NCBI RefSeq assembly: GCF_009914755.1
Contig: NC_060933.1
Direction: 5' to 3' (one strand)
Source: the human T2T-CHM13v2.0 reference genome, Homo sapiens
DNA: 64,000 nt
Part shown: positions 17,511 through 31,489 of the stretch, one piece after another
Layout of the letters: each line of letters starts with the position of its first letter
Numbering within the stretch: position 1 is the first letter of the stretch
The notes under the pieces: generated by a model
Told to the model about the DNA's origin: nothing
Databases searched by the model: none
Seen by the model: only the letters and a program-made list of their open reading frames with translations
Program-made: the position numbers and the translations under genes

Positions 17511-19332
17511 AACTCTCTCCCTGCAAAAGACTGCCACACCAGATACATAGATTTCATGTAATAACACACACACACAAACACACAAAACATGTAAAAAGCA
17601 AGGAAACATAAAACCTCCAAAAGAACTCACTAAGTCTCCAGTAACAGATCTGAAAGAAAAGGAAATTTGTGAAATGCCCAGAAAAGAACTCAAAATAATG
17701 ATATTAAGGAAGATTAGTGAGATACAAGAGAACACAAGTAAACAATACCAAAAAATCAGAAAAACAATTCATGATCTGAATGAGAAATTACACAAAGAGG
17801 CAGATATCATAGAAATGAACCAGACAGAAATCCTGGAACTGAACAACTGAATGAATAAAATAAAAAATACAATTGAGTGCTTCAACAATAGACTAGATCA
17901 AGCAGAAGAAAGAATGTCTGAACTTGAAGACAGGTCTTTTGAAGAACACAGTCAGACAGGAAAAAAAAAAAAAAAAAAACAAGGAAAGCCAACATTGACA
18001 TATGGGACCCTATAAGGCAAAGAAATATTTGAATTCTGAGAGTTCTAGAAGGAGAAGAGGTGGCCAAAGGCACAGAAAACATATTTAATAAAATAATAGC
18101 TAAAAATTTCTCAAATCTTTCGAGAGAGATAGATATTCAGATACAGAAAGCTAAAGAATCCCTAAATAGGTTCAATCCAAAAAGGCCTTCTCCAAAGCAC
18201 ATTATAGTCAAACTGTCAAAACAGTTTGACAACAGACAAAGAGAAGATTCTGAAAACAGGAAGAGATAAGCATGAAGTCACATATAAGGGAGTCCTCATC
18301 ATACTAACAGTAGATTTCTCAGCAGAAACTTTACAGGCCGGAAGAAAATGGGATGATGTTTTCACAGTGTTTAAAGAAAAAACTGTCAGCCATAAAGTTT
18401 CTCAGACAAGCAAACTGAGGAATTCATTATGACTAGAATTACCCTACAAGAAATGCTTAAGGGAGTCCTATATCTGGAAGTGAAAGATGATCTTTACCAT
18501 CACAAAAACACATTAACATATAAAACTCACTGGTAGGGCAGACACACAAATGAGAAATAGAAGGGAGTCAAACTTTACCACTACAGAAAACCACCAAACT
18601 GCAATGATAAACACATGAAAAGAAGAAAGGAACAAAGGATACACAAAACACCCAGAAAACATTTAATAAAATGACAGGAATATGTCCTCACATACCAATA
18701 ATAGCCTTCAATGAAAACAGATTAAATTCCCTACTTAGGAGATACCGACAGATTAAATTCCCTACTTAGAAGGCATCCCAACTATATGCTGCCTATACGA
18801 ACACTCACTTCACTTGTAAAGATACATATAGACTGCGAGTGAAAGGACTGATAAAGATATTTCATGCAAATGGAATCCACAAGCCAGCAAAAGTAGCTAT
18901 ACTTACATCAGATAAAACAGGCTTCAAGTCAAAACCCATAAAAAGTGACAAAGAAGTTTATTATATAATGATAATGGTATCAATTTAATACAACAATTTT
19001 AAATATATATGTACACAAGCCAGAGCACCCAGATATACAAAGCAAGTATTATTAGACCTAAAGGGAGCAATAGATGCTAATATAGTAATAGTTGGGAAAT
19101 TCAACACCTCACTGTCAGCTTGGACTGATAATCTAGATGAAAATCAACAAACAAACACTGGATTTAAACTGCACTATAGACCAAATGGACTTAACAGATA
19201 TTTACAGAACATTTCATCCAATAGTGGCAGGAAACACATTCTTCTCACAAACACATGGAACATTCTCTAGGTCACGCTTGGGCACAAAACAAGCCTCCAA
19301 AAATTTTTAAAAATCAAAATCATATCAACTAT

Positions 19333-19634
19333 TTGTTTGTTTGTTTGTTTGTTTGAGACAGTCTTGCTCTGTCGCCCAGGCTTGAGCGCAGTGGCGAGAT
19401 CTTGGCTCACTGCAACCTCCGCCTCCCGGGCTCAGGTGATTCTCCTGCCTCAGTCTCCTGAGTAACAGGGATTACAGGCATGCACCACCATGCCCAGCTA
19501 ATTTTTGTATTTTTAGTAGAGATGGGGTATCACCATGTTGTCCAGGCTGGTCTTGAACTCCTGACCTCAGGTGATCTGCCCACCTCAGCCTCCCAAAGTG
19601 CTAGGATTACAGGCGTGAGCCACTGTGCTCGGCC
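19333..19634 (-). mobile_element. AluS inserted in L1
   Basis: Reverse Alu with (TTTG)n tail; TSD caactattt / caagtattt. Confidence 0.93.
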
Positions 19635-20934
19635 CAAGTATTTTCATGCACTACGATGAAACAAAAGTAAAAATCAATAACAAAAGGAACTTTGGAAACT
19701 GTACAAATACATGAAGATTAAACAACATGGCTCTGAATGACCACTGGGTCAAGGAAGAAATTAAGGAGGAAATCAAAAAGACTGAAACAAATGAAAATGA
19801 AAACACAACATAACAAAACCTACAGGATACAGCAAAAGCAGTCCTAAGAGAGAAGTTTATAGCAATGAATTCCGACATCAAAAAAGTAGAAAGGTTTCAA
19901 ATAAACTACCTAGCAATTTCAAATAAATAACCTTAAATAACTAGAAAAGCAAGAACAAGCCAAACCCAAAGTTAGGAGAAGAAAAGAAATAATAAAGATT
20001 ACTGCAGGACTAAATGAAATGGAGACTTAAAAACAATACAAAGGATTAACAAAACAAAAAGTTGGCTATTTGAAAAGATGAACAAACTTGAAAGACCACT
20101 AGCTAGACTGACCAGGAAAAGAGAGAAAACATAAATCATAAATGAAATCATATATGAAAAATGAGGCAATGAAATACAAATGATCATTAGAGACTAACAT
20201 AAGCAACTATTAATACACACTAACAAATTGGAAAACCTAGAGGAAAAGGATAAGTTCCTGGGCACATACAACCTACCAAGATTGAATCAGGAAGAAACAC
20301 AATATCTGAATAGATCAATAATACAGAATGAGATGGAGTCGCAATAAAAAGTCTTCCCACAAAGAAAGCCCAGGACGGAATGGCTTTGCTGCTGAATTCT
20401 ACCAAACTTGCAAAGAAGAATACCAATTCTTCTCAAAGTATTTCAAAAAGTGAAGGTAAGAGAATTCTTCCTAACTCATTCTATGGAGCCAGAATTATCC
20501 TGACACCAAAACCAGAGAAAGACACAACAAAAAAAGAAAACTACAGGCCAACGTGCCTGGTGAACATAAATGCAAAACTCCTCAACAAAATACAAGCAAG
20601 CCAAATCCAACAACTCATCAGAAAGATAATACATCATGAACAAGTGGAATTTATTTCAGAGATACAAGTATGGTTCAACATACATAAATCAATGAATGTG
20701 ATATAGCACATCAACAGAATGAATGTCCAAAACCACATGATCATATCAATAGATACAGAAAAAGTATTTGCTAAAATTTAACATCACCTCATAATAAAAA
20801 TTTTCAAAAATTAGGCATAGAAGGAACATAACTCAACATAATAAAGGACATATATGGCAAACCAACAGCTAACATCATACTGAATGGGCAGAAACTGACA
20901 GCCTTTCCTCTAAGAACTGGAAAAAGACAAGTAA

Positions 20935-21250
<316 letters not shown>

Positions 21251-23919
21251 TCCCCACTCTTATTCAATATACTACCGGAAGTCCTAGCCAGGGCAATCAG
21301 GGAAGAGAAAGAAATAAAAGGCATCCACACTGGAAAAGAAGGAAACTGCCCCTCTTTGCAGACAACATGATCTTATATAGAGAAAAACATAAAGACTTTA
21401 CCAAAAAACTCTTAGAACTGATAAATGAATTCAGTAAAGTTACAGAATAGAAAATCAACACATAAAAATCAGTAGCATTTATATAAACCAAACACAAACT
21501 GGCTGAAAATGGGACACGAAGCTGTCCCATCTACAACAGTTACTCCCCACCCCCAAAATACCTAGGAATGAATTCAAACAAGGAGGTGAAAAACTTCTAC
21601 AACGGAAAGTACAAAACACTGATACAAGAAATTGAAGAGGACAAAAACATGGAAAGACATCTCAAGCTCATGGATTGGAAGAATTAATATTGTTAAAATG
21701 ACCGCATTACCCAAAGCAATGTACAGATTCAATGCAATCCCTAACAAAATAACAATGACATTCTTCAGAGAAATAGAAAAACAATCCTAAAATTTGCATA
21801 GGACCACAAAGACCCCAAACAGCCAAAGCAATCCTGAGCAAAAAGAACAAAGCTGCAGGCATCAACTATCTGACTTCAAAATATACTACAAAGCTATAGT
21901 AACCAAAACAGCATGGTATTAGTATAAAAATGAACACAGGCCAATGAAAGAGAATAGAGAATGCAGAAATAAATCCAGGCATTTACACTCAACGGATTTT
22001 TGACAAAGGTACCATGAACGTACATTGGGGAAATTACAGCTTCTTCAATAAATGGTTCTGGGAACTGCGTACTTATATGCAGAAGAATAAAACTAGGTCC
22101 CCAGCTCTCACCATATACAAAAGCCATTAAATTGAACTAAATGAATTAAAGACTTAAATGTAAGCCCTGAAACTATAAAACTACTAGAAGAACACATTTG
22201 GGAAATGCTTCAGGACACTGGCCTAGGCAAAGATTTTATAGCCACTCTTTAAAAGCACAGGGAACAAAAACAAAAATATACAAATGGGACTATGTTAAAC
22301 TAAAAAGCTTCTGCAAAGCAAAGGAGACAATCACAGATTGAAGAGTGAAGTTGTCGAATGGGAGAAAATACTTACAAACATTCATCCAACAAGGGACTAA
22401 TATACAGAATATACAAAGAACTCAAACAACTCAACAGCAAATAACCAGATAATCACATTAAGAAGTGTGATTATGTCAAAGGATTTGAATAAATATTTCT
22501 CAAAAGAAAATATACAAATGGCCAGCAGGTATATGAAAAAATGCTCAACATCCTAATCATTAAGGAAATAAAAATCAAAACTGTAGTGAGACATCATCTC
22601 ACCTCACAATGGCTACCATCAAAGAGACAAAAACTAATGAAGGCTGATAAGGATGTGGAGAAAAGGGAACTCTTATACACTGTTAGTGGGAATGTAAATT
22701 AGCACAGCCATTGTGGAAAACAGTATAGAGGTGTCTCACAAAACTGATCGAGCAATGCCACTCCTGTGCATTTTTTCAAGGAAAATAAGTATATCAAACA
22801 AATACCTGCACTTTCATGTTTACTATAGCATTATTCACAATATCCATTACATGGAATCAACCTAAGTGTCCATAAATGAATGAATAAAGAAAATATGGTG
22901 TGTATACATACGCAATGGAATACTAAAATGAAATCCTGTCATTTGCAGCAAGATGAATGGGTCTGGAGATCATTACGTTAAGTAAAATAAGCCAGGCACA
23001 GGAAGACAAATATTGTATGTTCTCACTCATATGTGGGAGCTAAAAAAGTTGATCTCATGGAGGTAGAGAGTAGAATGATGGATACTAGAGGCTGAGAAGA
23101 ATGAGCAAAAAGGGATGAAGAGAGGTTAAAGGATACAAACATACAGTTAGATGGAAGAACTCAGTTCTAGTGTTAGACAGCACAGTAGGCTGACTATAGT
23201 TAATAATAATTTATTGTATATTTCAAAATAGCTAGAAGAGTTGAAATGTTCCCATCACAAAAATATATGTTTGAGGTGATGAATATGCTAATTATCCCAA
23301 TTTAATCATTAAATATTGCATGCATGTATTAAAACATCACTTGCACCCTGTGAATATGAACAATGATTATGTATCAATTTTTAGAATTGATTTTTGTTGA
23401 AAGTGTGGCCTTGACCATGACACATTCCTTGCTCAAAAACATTCAATGGCTCCCCATTCTCCAACAATGTAGGAGCTAATACTTCAGACTTGCACAGAAG
23501 CACACATAGCTTTCTAGACTCATGTCCCAACACCCTAGGTACACCTCATATTGTGGTAAATTAACACTAGCATGTTTTTGTTTCTGTACTATCCATGTCT
23601 TCTCATTTTGCTAATCCTCTTCCATTCATCTGAAATATCCTTCCTGGTTATATCAATTTCTGGAAATCTTATTCATCCTATTAGGTCCAGCTCACTTTCT
23701 TCATAAGCCTTTCCTGACCCCACTGGACCACACATCTGCCATTTTTCCTATTTTGTTGACTATTCTGCCTTTTACTATTGCATCTGTGTGCTTTATTGAT
23801 CAGAAGTGTATCATCAGAAGATGGGGGATTGATTCCCAGCCTAACTGACATACTTAGGGCAAGCCCATAACCCCTTTGAGCCTTGGTTTCTTCATTAATT
23901 AGATACATATAATATTTTA

Positions 23920-24130
23920 GTATAACAGTGATTAAGATTTGGGGATCTGGAGGCAGATAGACTTGGATGTGAGTTTTAACTTTTGCACTGCAATAATGCT
24001 TGTAGTGGCCTTATCTATAAAATGGAGATGTGAAAATGATCTACCAGCTACGCTAAGGGTTAAATGAGACAATGTGGAAAACTCTTAGCATAGTGCCTGG
24101 CACATGGTAAATGGTTACTAAATATTGCCA
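23920..24130 (+). mobile_element. MIR
   Basis: ttatctataaaatggagatg...ttaaatgagacaatg...cttagcatagtgcctggcacatggtaa. Confidence 0.65.
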
Positions 24131-25069
24131 TCACTAGGATTGTCATTAATTCCTTCAAAAGATTATGATAAACATGTGAAGTAGGACAAAAGCACTCCGA
24201 TAGCATCAAGGTCCCTACAAACATAGGTTATGATCAACTCTGTAAACGTCGGCTGGAATACAGGATAGGGCAGCAGTTACGGAATCTGTATTCAAATCAG
24301 AATGCAGAATGTAGACATGCATGCTGCTATAAACCACAATAGACTGTGTAAATATAAAACACCATCATTAGGTCAGACTCTGTTCCATCTTTATCTCTGA
24401 ATCTTCTGAGATGGTATGGCACAGTGGAAAGAGGAGAGCCTGGGATTTTATAAATGCCAGAGCAACAAACTCTTGAGTCTCAGGGTTTTTATCTGTAAAC
24501 TACAGCTAACCACATCCATTGCAGATATTAAACAGGGTGATTATGAAATTCTTACAATAGTATTTGGCATAAAGCAGCTGCTCCATAAAGGTTAGATTTA
24601 TTTCCCTTATTTCCTCCTTTTACCAAAAGTGCCTCACGTCTAGTACGTATTTAACAAATATTTGTTGAAGCTAATTAAACTTAAAAAATACTAAGAGTAT
24701 TTGCCTAGAATAAGTGTATTTGTCACAGTAGGATTGGTGCCTTGTCTACTATCAGACTGACTCCTGGAGAAGCCAAAGTAGTTCCTAAGATTTATTTTTT
24801 ATTTTTAAATAAATTGTATTGATTTGAAAATAAAAATGTTTTATAAAATCTGGGTTGTATAAGAAAGCTTGTTTTTTGAAGGAGAGACATAAATCAAAGC
24901 AAGAATTAAAAGGAAACAATATACTGGCACTCCAGAGTAGCTCCAAAGGCTCTTGCTATGTAATGGCCAGATGTAGAGCAAGGAAATTTTCTCTGTTTTT
25001 CTATGTGAATCCAGCAAAACAAACCTCAAAGCAAATGTTCTTTCCTCTACAGGCAAATCATAACAATGT

Positions 25070-25260
25070 ATTGAGAGATTGCTGCATCCTAAGTGTTTCA
25101 CATGTGATAATTCATCTAATCCCCAAACTGCCCCATGAGGTAGATACTACCATCCCCATATCAGAGATTATGAAAATAAGGCACGGAGAGTTTAAGTGTA
25201 TTGTCCAGGGTCACACAGCTAATAAGTGGCAGAGCCAGGTTTGGAATCTTAGTTCTAGAG
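25070..25260 (-). mobile_element. MIR
   Basis: ccccatgaggtagatactaccatccccat...aggcacggagagtttaag...gtcacacagctaataagtggcagagccagg. Confidence 0.72.
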
Positions 25261-26699
25261 AACCTTCTCGTAACTGTTACATACAAAGGATATATTTAGT
25301 GACATATTTTAGAAAGCACTAATGTAGTGGTTACACTGACCATAGCTGAACATCTCAATTGTTATGGATTGATACATGGATGCAAATTCCCATTTGACAT
25401 GAAGCCCTACTGAATCAAATTCTGGTGAGTCCTGGCTGTGGGTACTTTCAGAAGCATCTGTGGAAATGATGTAAGGGTGGAGGAGAATGGCCCTAAAGCT
25501 TGGCATGCTGAGGCTAGAGCGAGAAGAGTCTGTGGCCACAATATATCTCTGAAGGTGGTTCTGAGAGTCCCATTTCCTCTTGCGGGCTTCCCCTAGAAAC
25601 ATGAAGGCATCTGAAATCTAGACCAACTTACCACATGCCCGCATCCTCTCAATGTGCAATAGTCACGCGCTCTGCAGCACTTGTAAGGGACTGAAGTCAC
25701 AGTGCACAGAGTAAAAGGCCACCTTGGGCACTCTTATTATGCCCACATAAACCTTCTACTAGTGCTTGTACCAGCCAAAAAGGCCATGCCAGGTCCCTGA
25801 GAAATTCGCAGAATTCAGAAACTGACTACAGATGCTGTAAGGTGTACTTCTACAGAGGGCTGCCACCAAACAATCCCCCTCCTTGACTGTCTTTTCAGCT
25901 AGATGGCTCTGAGTGCTTTTCTGCTGGTTTGGGTGCCTTTTTCTCAGGGGGTGGGGAGCAAAACTGGAAAGGGTACTCATTTCTATATTGCTGCTTGCTG
26001 CTACAAAGAGGCAAAGTTGAGGGTAACTGCCAACAGCTTCCCCTTTCTCTTCTTTTTCCTCACTGCATCTGTCTGGACCAATGCACAAGGAAAAAAGGCA
26101 GCCAGAATGGCCCTCCAAAGTTACTCTGATTTAAAGCTGATAAAGGATGTGTTTTCCACAGCTTAAGAGAAAAATATATTATAAAGTACCTAAGCAATTA
26201 AACAAATGTTATTTGTAAACATCTGCCGTCCAGCACTGTTGCCTGTGTTCAAACAAAGCCTCACAGTCTCTTTGGCAAACCAGAGTGAGAAAAGCTGGGT
26301 GCCATTTGCTGAATGAACTCTTCCAGATTACAATTCTGTGGCCTGGGGGAATTAATTCAAATCCACACTGGGAAATTAATTCCCAGAGAGGCAGTTAGTC
26401 CCTAAAAGAACAACCAAAGAAACGAGGACCTAGAATAAAGTTGGCAGTAATTCAACAAACATTTTATTAACCTCTACTAAACCATATTTATTATTTATGG
26501 CCAAATCACAGAATCCTGAAGTTAGAGACTCCAAGGAGAAAATGACACTCCTGGCTGAGAATGACTTCTGTCTCACAGCGCCAGTGCATCTTCTCCAGTT
26601 CCTCCAATTGATACCAGCGAAGATGCACCTAAAGATGGAAACTCAGTAGTATCAATGCCCAAAATACATAATCTGGGGGGAAAACACCACTAGTACCTC

Positions 26700-26890
26700 A
26701 AAAGGCAGACTCCAGGTTTGAATTCTGGCTCTACTACAGAATAGCCGGTGACCTTAATTTTCTTACCTGGAAAATAGAGATAATAAGGGATGATTTCATA
26801 GTCCTGAGGATTTGAGGAGGTAATGCCTGTAAGGCTCTCAGTACCATGCATGGCATTTAATAAGAAGTCAGTAAATGTCAGCTACTAGTA
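26700..26890 (+). mobile_element. MIR
   Basis: ggtttgaattctggctctactac...gtgacctt...aaaatagagataataa...gtaaatgtcagctacta. Confidence 0.6.
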
Positions 26891-27815
26891 GTATAGTTTC
26901 ATGGTTGTTGTTGTTAGTATAAAACAGGATTTTCCCCATTGTCCTGGAATTGCAGCAAATGCATAAACTGATGGCACAAAATGTTCTAGGTTTACGGCAA
27001 GGTGCCGGTTTCCATCTTCCCCAACTCCAACACCAGCCAACCTATTAAAATTAAGGAAAAACTGGCAAAGGTGTGTTGCCTGTGAGTGAATATTCATAAG
27101 AAGAGTCTATAACCTCCCTTTTCCCATGGGGGAGGATACCTGATGCTTCTCCTCAAAGCTAAGGGAGAAAGACCCTAAAAGAAATTCTAGCTAAGTTCTG
27201 TAGGTTCACCAAACCCTCACTTTTCATTAACCAAGAGATTAATGGTCATCTTTCCTCTGAAAGCTGGTAAGGCACCAGGCCTGTTGAGTATGTGTTGTAT
27301 TGTTTGGTCTTGGAGAAATGAGTGAGGAAGAGATGGTGGAGTTGAGAGAGCTGGCTGAGAAGCTGCTTACATTTCCACTGTTTTCATAGAAAGAATAAAA
27401 TTTCCACGAGCTGGGTGGATACCACCTAGGGGAGGCTGAACATTTTTCATTTCACCTATACCTCAATAAAGAGCCTCACCTACCATGCAAAAGCATCCCA
27501 GCTACAAGATGTTGCCGGGTGGACTGTCTTTCACTGGAGTCAAAGGAGAGGAAAGAGGTCAAGTGGAAGCCTGATCCCTCAAATCAAGGGATCTGCAGAG
27601 GGGAGTATCTTTTGTCTCTCCCAGCATTCTCCAGAGAGATGATTAAAGAGCCAGTAAGAGGAAACTAACCACACAGAAGATGTCAACAGTCAGCTGGTGC
27701 CGGTAAGAGAAGCAGAAACAGCCAATAGGGAAGAATCTGGCTCTTGTCCTTTGGCCTCTTCCTCTTTCCTACTTGAATCTCTGCATGAGAAAGCAGCTCT
27801 GGAGTTTCAACTCTA

Positions 27816-28308
<493 letters not shown>

Positions 28309-28929
28309 TTAACAGGGCACAATTATTTACAAAAACAGCTTTATATCTTTGCTCCAATGGGTTGAGATTCCTCAATAAAGTATAGATGATGATGGTGGTG
28401 GTAATGATGATGATGATTAGTTATAAGGCTGACGGAACAAGATCTTTTAAAAAGTATCTACAGAGGCTTCAATTCACAATCAACTCTGGCTTTATTTCAT
28501 GTAACAGAAGCAGCCTGAGAAAAAGCATAAAGGATTCCATATGTTTCCACAATGAGCCCACTGACTCAGATGATCAAGCCGATATCAATGAGGAAAATGG
28601 GGTACTATCCCTCGTGACCCATGAGAAATTGCTCTATAAAAACAAATTTATCCTATAGTAGTCCTCCTCATCATCCTCTTGCAACCAAGCAGGTAATACA
28701 ATAAAAATACAAAAAAAAAATTATGGCTCATAAATTAGAGAAGAAGCTGTGATGCTGTATGACATCTGCAGCACACATTCATAAAGCACTGGGGTAGGGG
28801 TCAATGAATGAGCCTCAACAGAAGTGCTCTCTAGTCATTGTACTTCTCCATGCCCTCTCTTGGCTCAAACTGCCAGAGATAAACACATAATGAAGAAAAG
28901 GAGAGGCAACTGCAACTGCATTACTGTTT

Positions 28930-31290
28930 GAAAAGTAATGGAGGCTCCTGTAACAAGAAAGAATTGGAGAAAATGTATGAAACCACCATTCTCACACATT
29001 GGCTGACAGGTGGTATAGTACTATTATAATCCCTGAAAAAAAGGAAAATAAATGAGGTGACTCCTGAAATTCCCTTAGATTTCTGTTTGCAGTCACTTGG
29101 TAGACCATTGTATAAGAGGGGAATCCAAGCAGAGTAGTAGTTTCACTGAATTGAAGACACGGAGGCTGGAGTTTTCAGGGCACATAACCACAAAGGAAGG
29201 TATCCTGCAGAGCAAAAGTTTCAGAAATCTTCATGAGATCTCCAAGACTGTTGTTGGATACAGAGCCACACTTGAGTAGGATGAGACTGCAAGGCTGAAC
29301 AAAAAAAAATTACTGCGAAATTGGGAGCTGAACAATTTTCAGAGTTCACACAGGGTTGGAGACATTCAAACTGAACACATGCCTTAGTTATAGGATAAAA
29401 CTAAAACTAGGTTTTATTATACTTGAAGTAGCATAGCCTTTTCGACAAAAGTTAAAAACAAGTCTCAGAATGATCAAGCTGATTTGCAAGTAATTCAACT
29501 ATCAAAACGAAGTCCAATACTTTTAAAGGCAAGTGCAAAAGCAGTCACTCCAAAATGCTAAATTAAAACAATCCAGCATCCAACTAAACTTTACTAAATA
29601 TGGGAAGAAGCAAGGATATGTGACCATGATGAGGAAGAAAGTTAGTCAATAAAAACAGATGCAAAAATGACAGATGATGGAATTAACAGACAAGGAGCTT
29701 AAAACACAGCTGTTATAACCATGTTTAAGTATTTAAAGAAAAACATGTATATAATTAAAAGAGAAATGAATGATATAAAGAAAAACTAAATATGACTTCT
29801 GGAGATGAAAAATACAATATCTAAAATGAAAATTTCACGGTTAGCAGCAGGGTTAGCAGCAGATTAGACACTGCAGAGGAAAAGAGAGTGAACATGAAAC
29901 ATAGAAACTATTCAAACAAAAGGACAGGCAGAAAAAAAGCCTTGGAAAATATGAACTGAGTCTTAGTAAGCTAGGTGACAATACTAAGTCATATTACATG
30001 TGTTTAGGAGTAAGGAATTGGACAAAATATTTGAAGTTATAACAACCAAAGTTTTCCAAATCTGATGAAAATAATAGACTCAAATTTAAACTCAAGTAGA
30101 TAATCACAATGAAAACCACACCAAGACACATCATACTTAAACTACTAAAAACCAGAGATAATGGGACTATTTCTAAAATGGAGAAAAATGACATATTGAA
30201 TAAAAGAAAAAAATTTCACAGACTTCTCACCAGAAAATATAAATACCAGAAAATAATAGAATGGAAGGGGCTGAATGTGGGGAGGGGACAAACTCCACCA
30301 ACCTCAAATTCTATATTCAACAAAAATATGCTTCAGAAATGAGGGTGAAAGAAAAATTTTTCAGACAAACAGATGCTGAGCAAATTTATCATCAGCAAGC
30401 CTGAATCACAAGAAATGTAAAAGGAAATTCTCAGACAGAAGGATAAAGATGCTACATGAAAACTAGGATCTACAAAAGGAACGAAGAGCACCAGAAATGA
30501 TAAACATATGGGGAAATTTGAAAGATATTTTTCCTACTTTTAAATTTTTTAAAAAGATAACTGACTGGCAAAAGAAAAGTAATAATAATGTATCAGGAAG
30601 TTTATAACACATATATCAGAAAAATATACAACAATATGCAATAGAACAAAGGGGGAAATAGAAGCAAAATGTTGTGTGTTTTTACATTATACTTGAAGTA
30701 GCATAGTAATATCTAAGGGTAGTCTGTGATATGGCATATTGTAATTCTAACAGAAACCATTAAAAATTAAAAGAGGTATACCTCATAAACCAATAGTGGG
30801 AATAAAATGGGGTAAAGGAAAATACTGAGTTACTCCAAAAAAGGCAGGAAAAGGGAACAAAGAACAGATAGAACACTATAATTTGAATGTTTCTGTCCCT
30901 TCCAAAATTCATGTTGATATATAATTCCTAACATAATGGTATTAAGAGGCGTGACCTTTAGGAGATTATTAGGTCATGAGGGATCTGTCCTCATGAACAG
31001 ATTAGTGCCTTATTAGAGGATTGAGGGAGTAAATTTGGTCCCTTTTAGCACTTTTGTCCCTTCTGCCACTGAGAATGCAACAAGAAGGTCATCAAACACT
31101 GAATCTGCTGGAGCCTTGATCTTAGACTTTCCAGCCTTCAGAACTATAAATACATTTCTGTTCTTTATATATTCTCCAGTCGCAGGTATTTTGTGATAGC
31201 AGCAGACATGAGACGAATAATAATCAAACAGCAAGATGACAGACTTAAACACAATTATCATGAAGTTATATGAAATGTAAATGGCTTAAG
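28930..31290 (+). mobile_element. Old L1M 5' region / ORF1 remnant
   Basis: ORF1-like text (KTTPRHIILKLLKT..; tcagacaaacagatgctgag); interrupted by an LTR. Confidence 0.7.
30875..31218 (+). mobile_element. MST/MLT1A-type MaLR solo LTR
   Basis: tttgaatgtttctgtcccttccaaaattcatgttga...gccttgatcttagactttccagccttcagaact...ggtattttgtgatagcagcag. Confidence 0.82.
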
Positions 31291-31489
31291 TCAGCAGTTC
31301 TAAAACTGGTCCATGATCCCTTCATACAAATTGAGACATAACATCAGTCTTTACTAGTAATCATCGTATTGTCCATCATGAAAACTACAAGAAAAAAGCC
31401 AATTTCACTCACAAAAATACTTCATGAAACAGTAAAAGTTACTGATATAAAATTATAACCTTTCAGTATATCTCTTATAAAATATTCTT

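Noticed and set aside
24855-25322. 155-aa ORF
   Set aside because: Non-ATG start, second half is MIR-derived, no recognisable domain.
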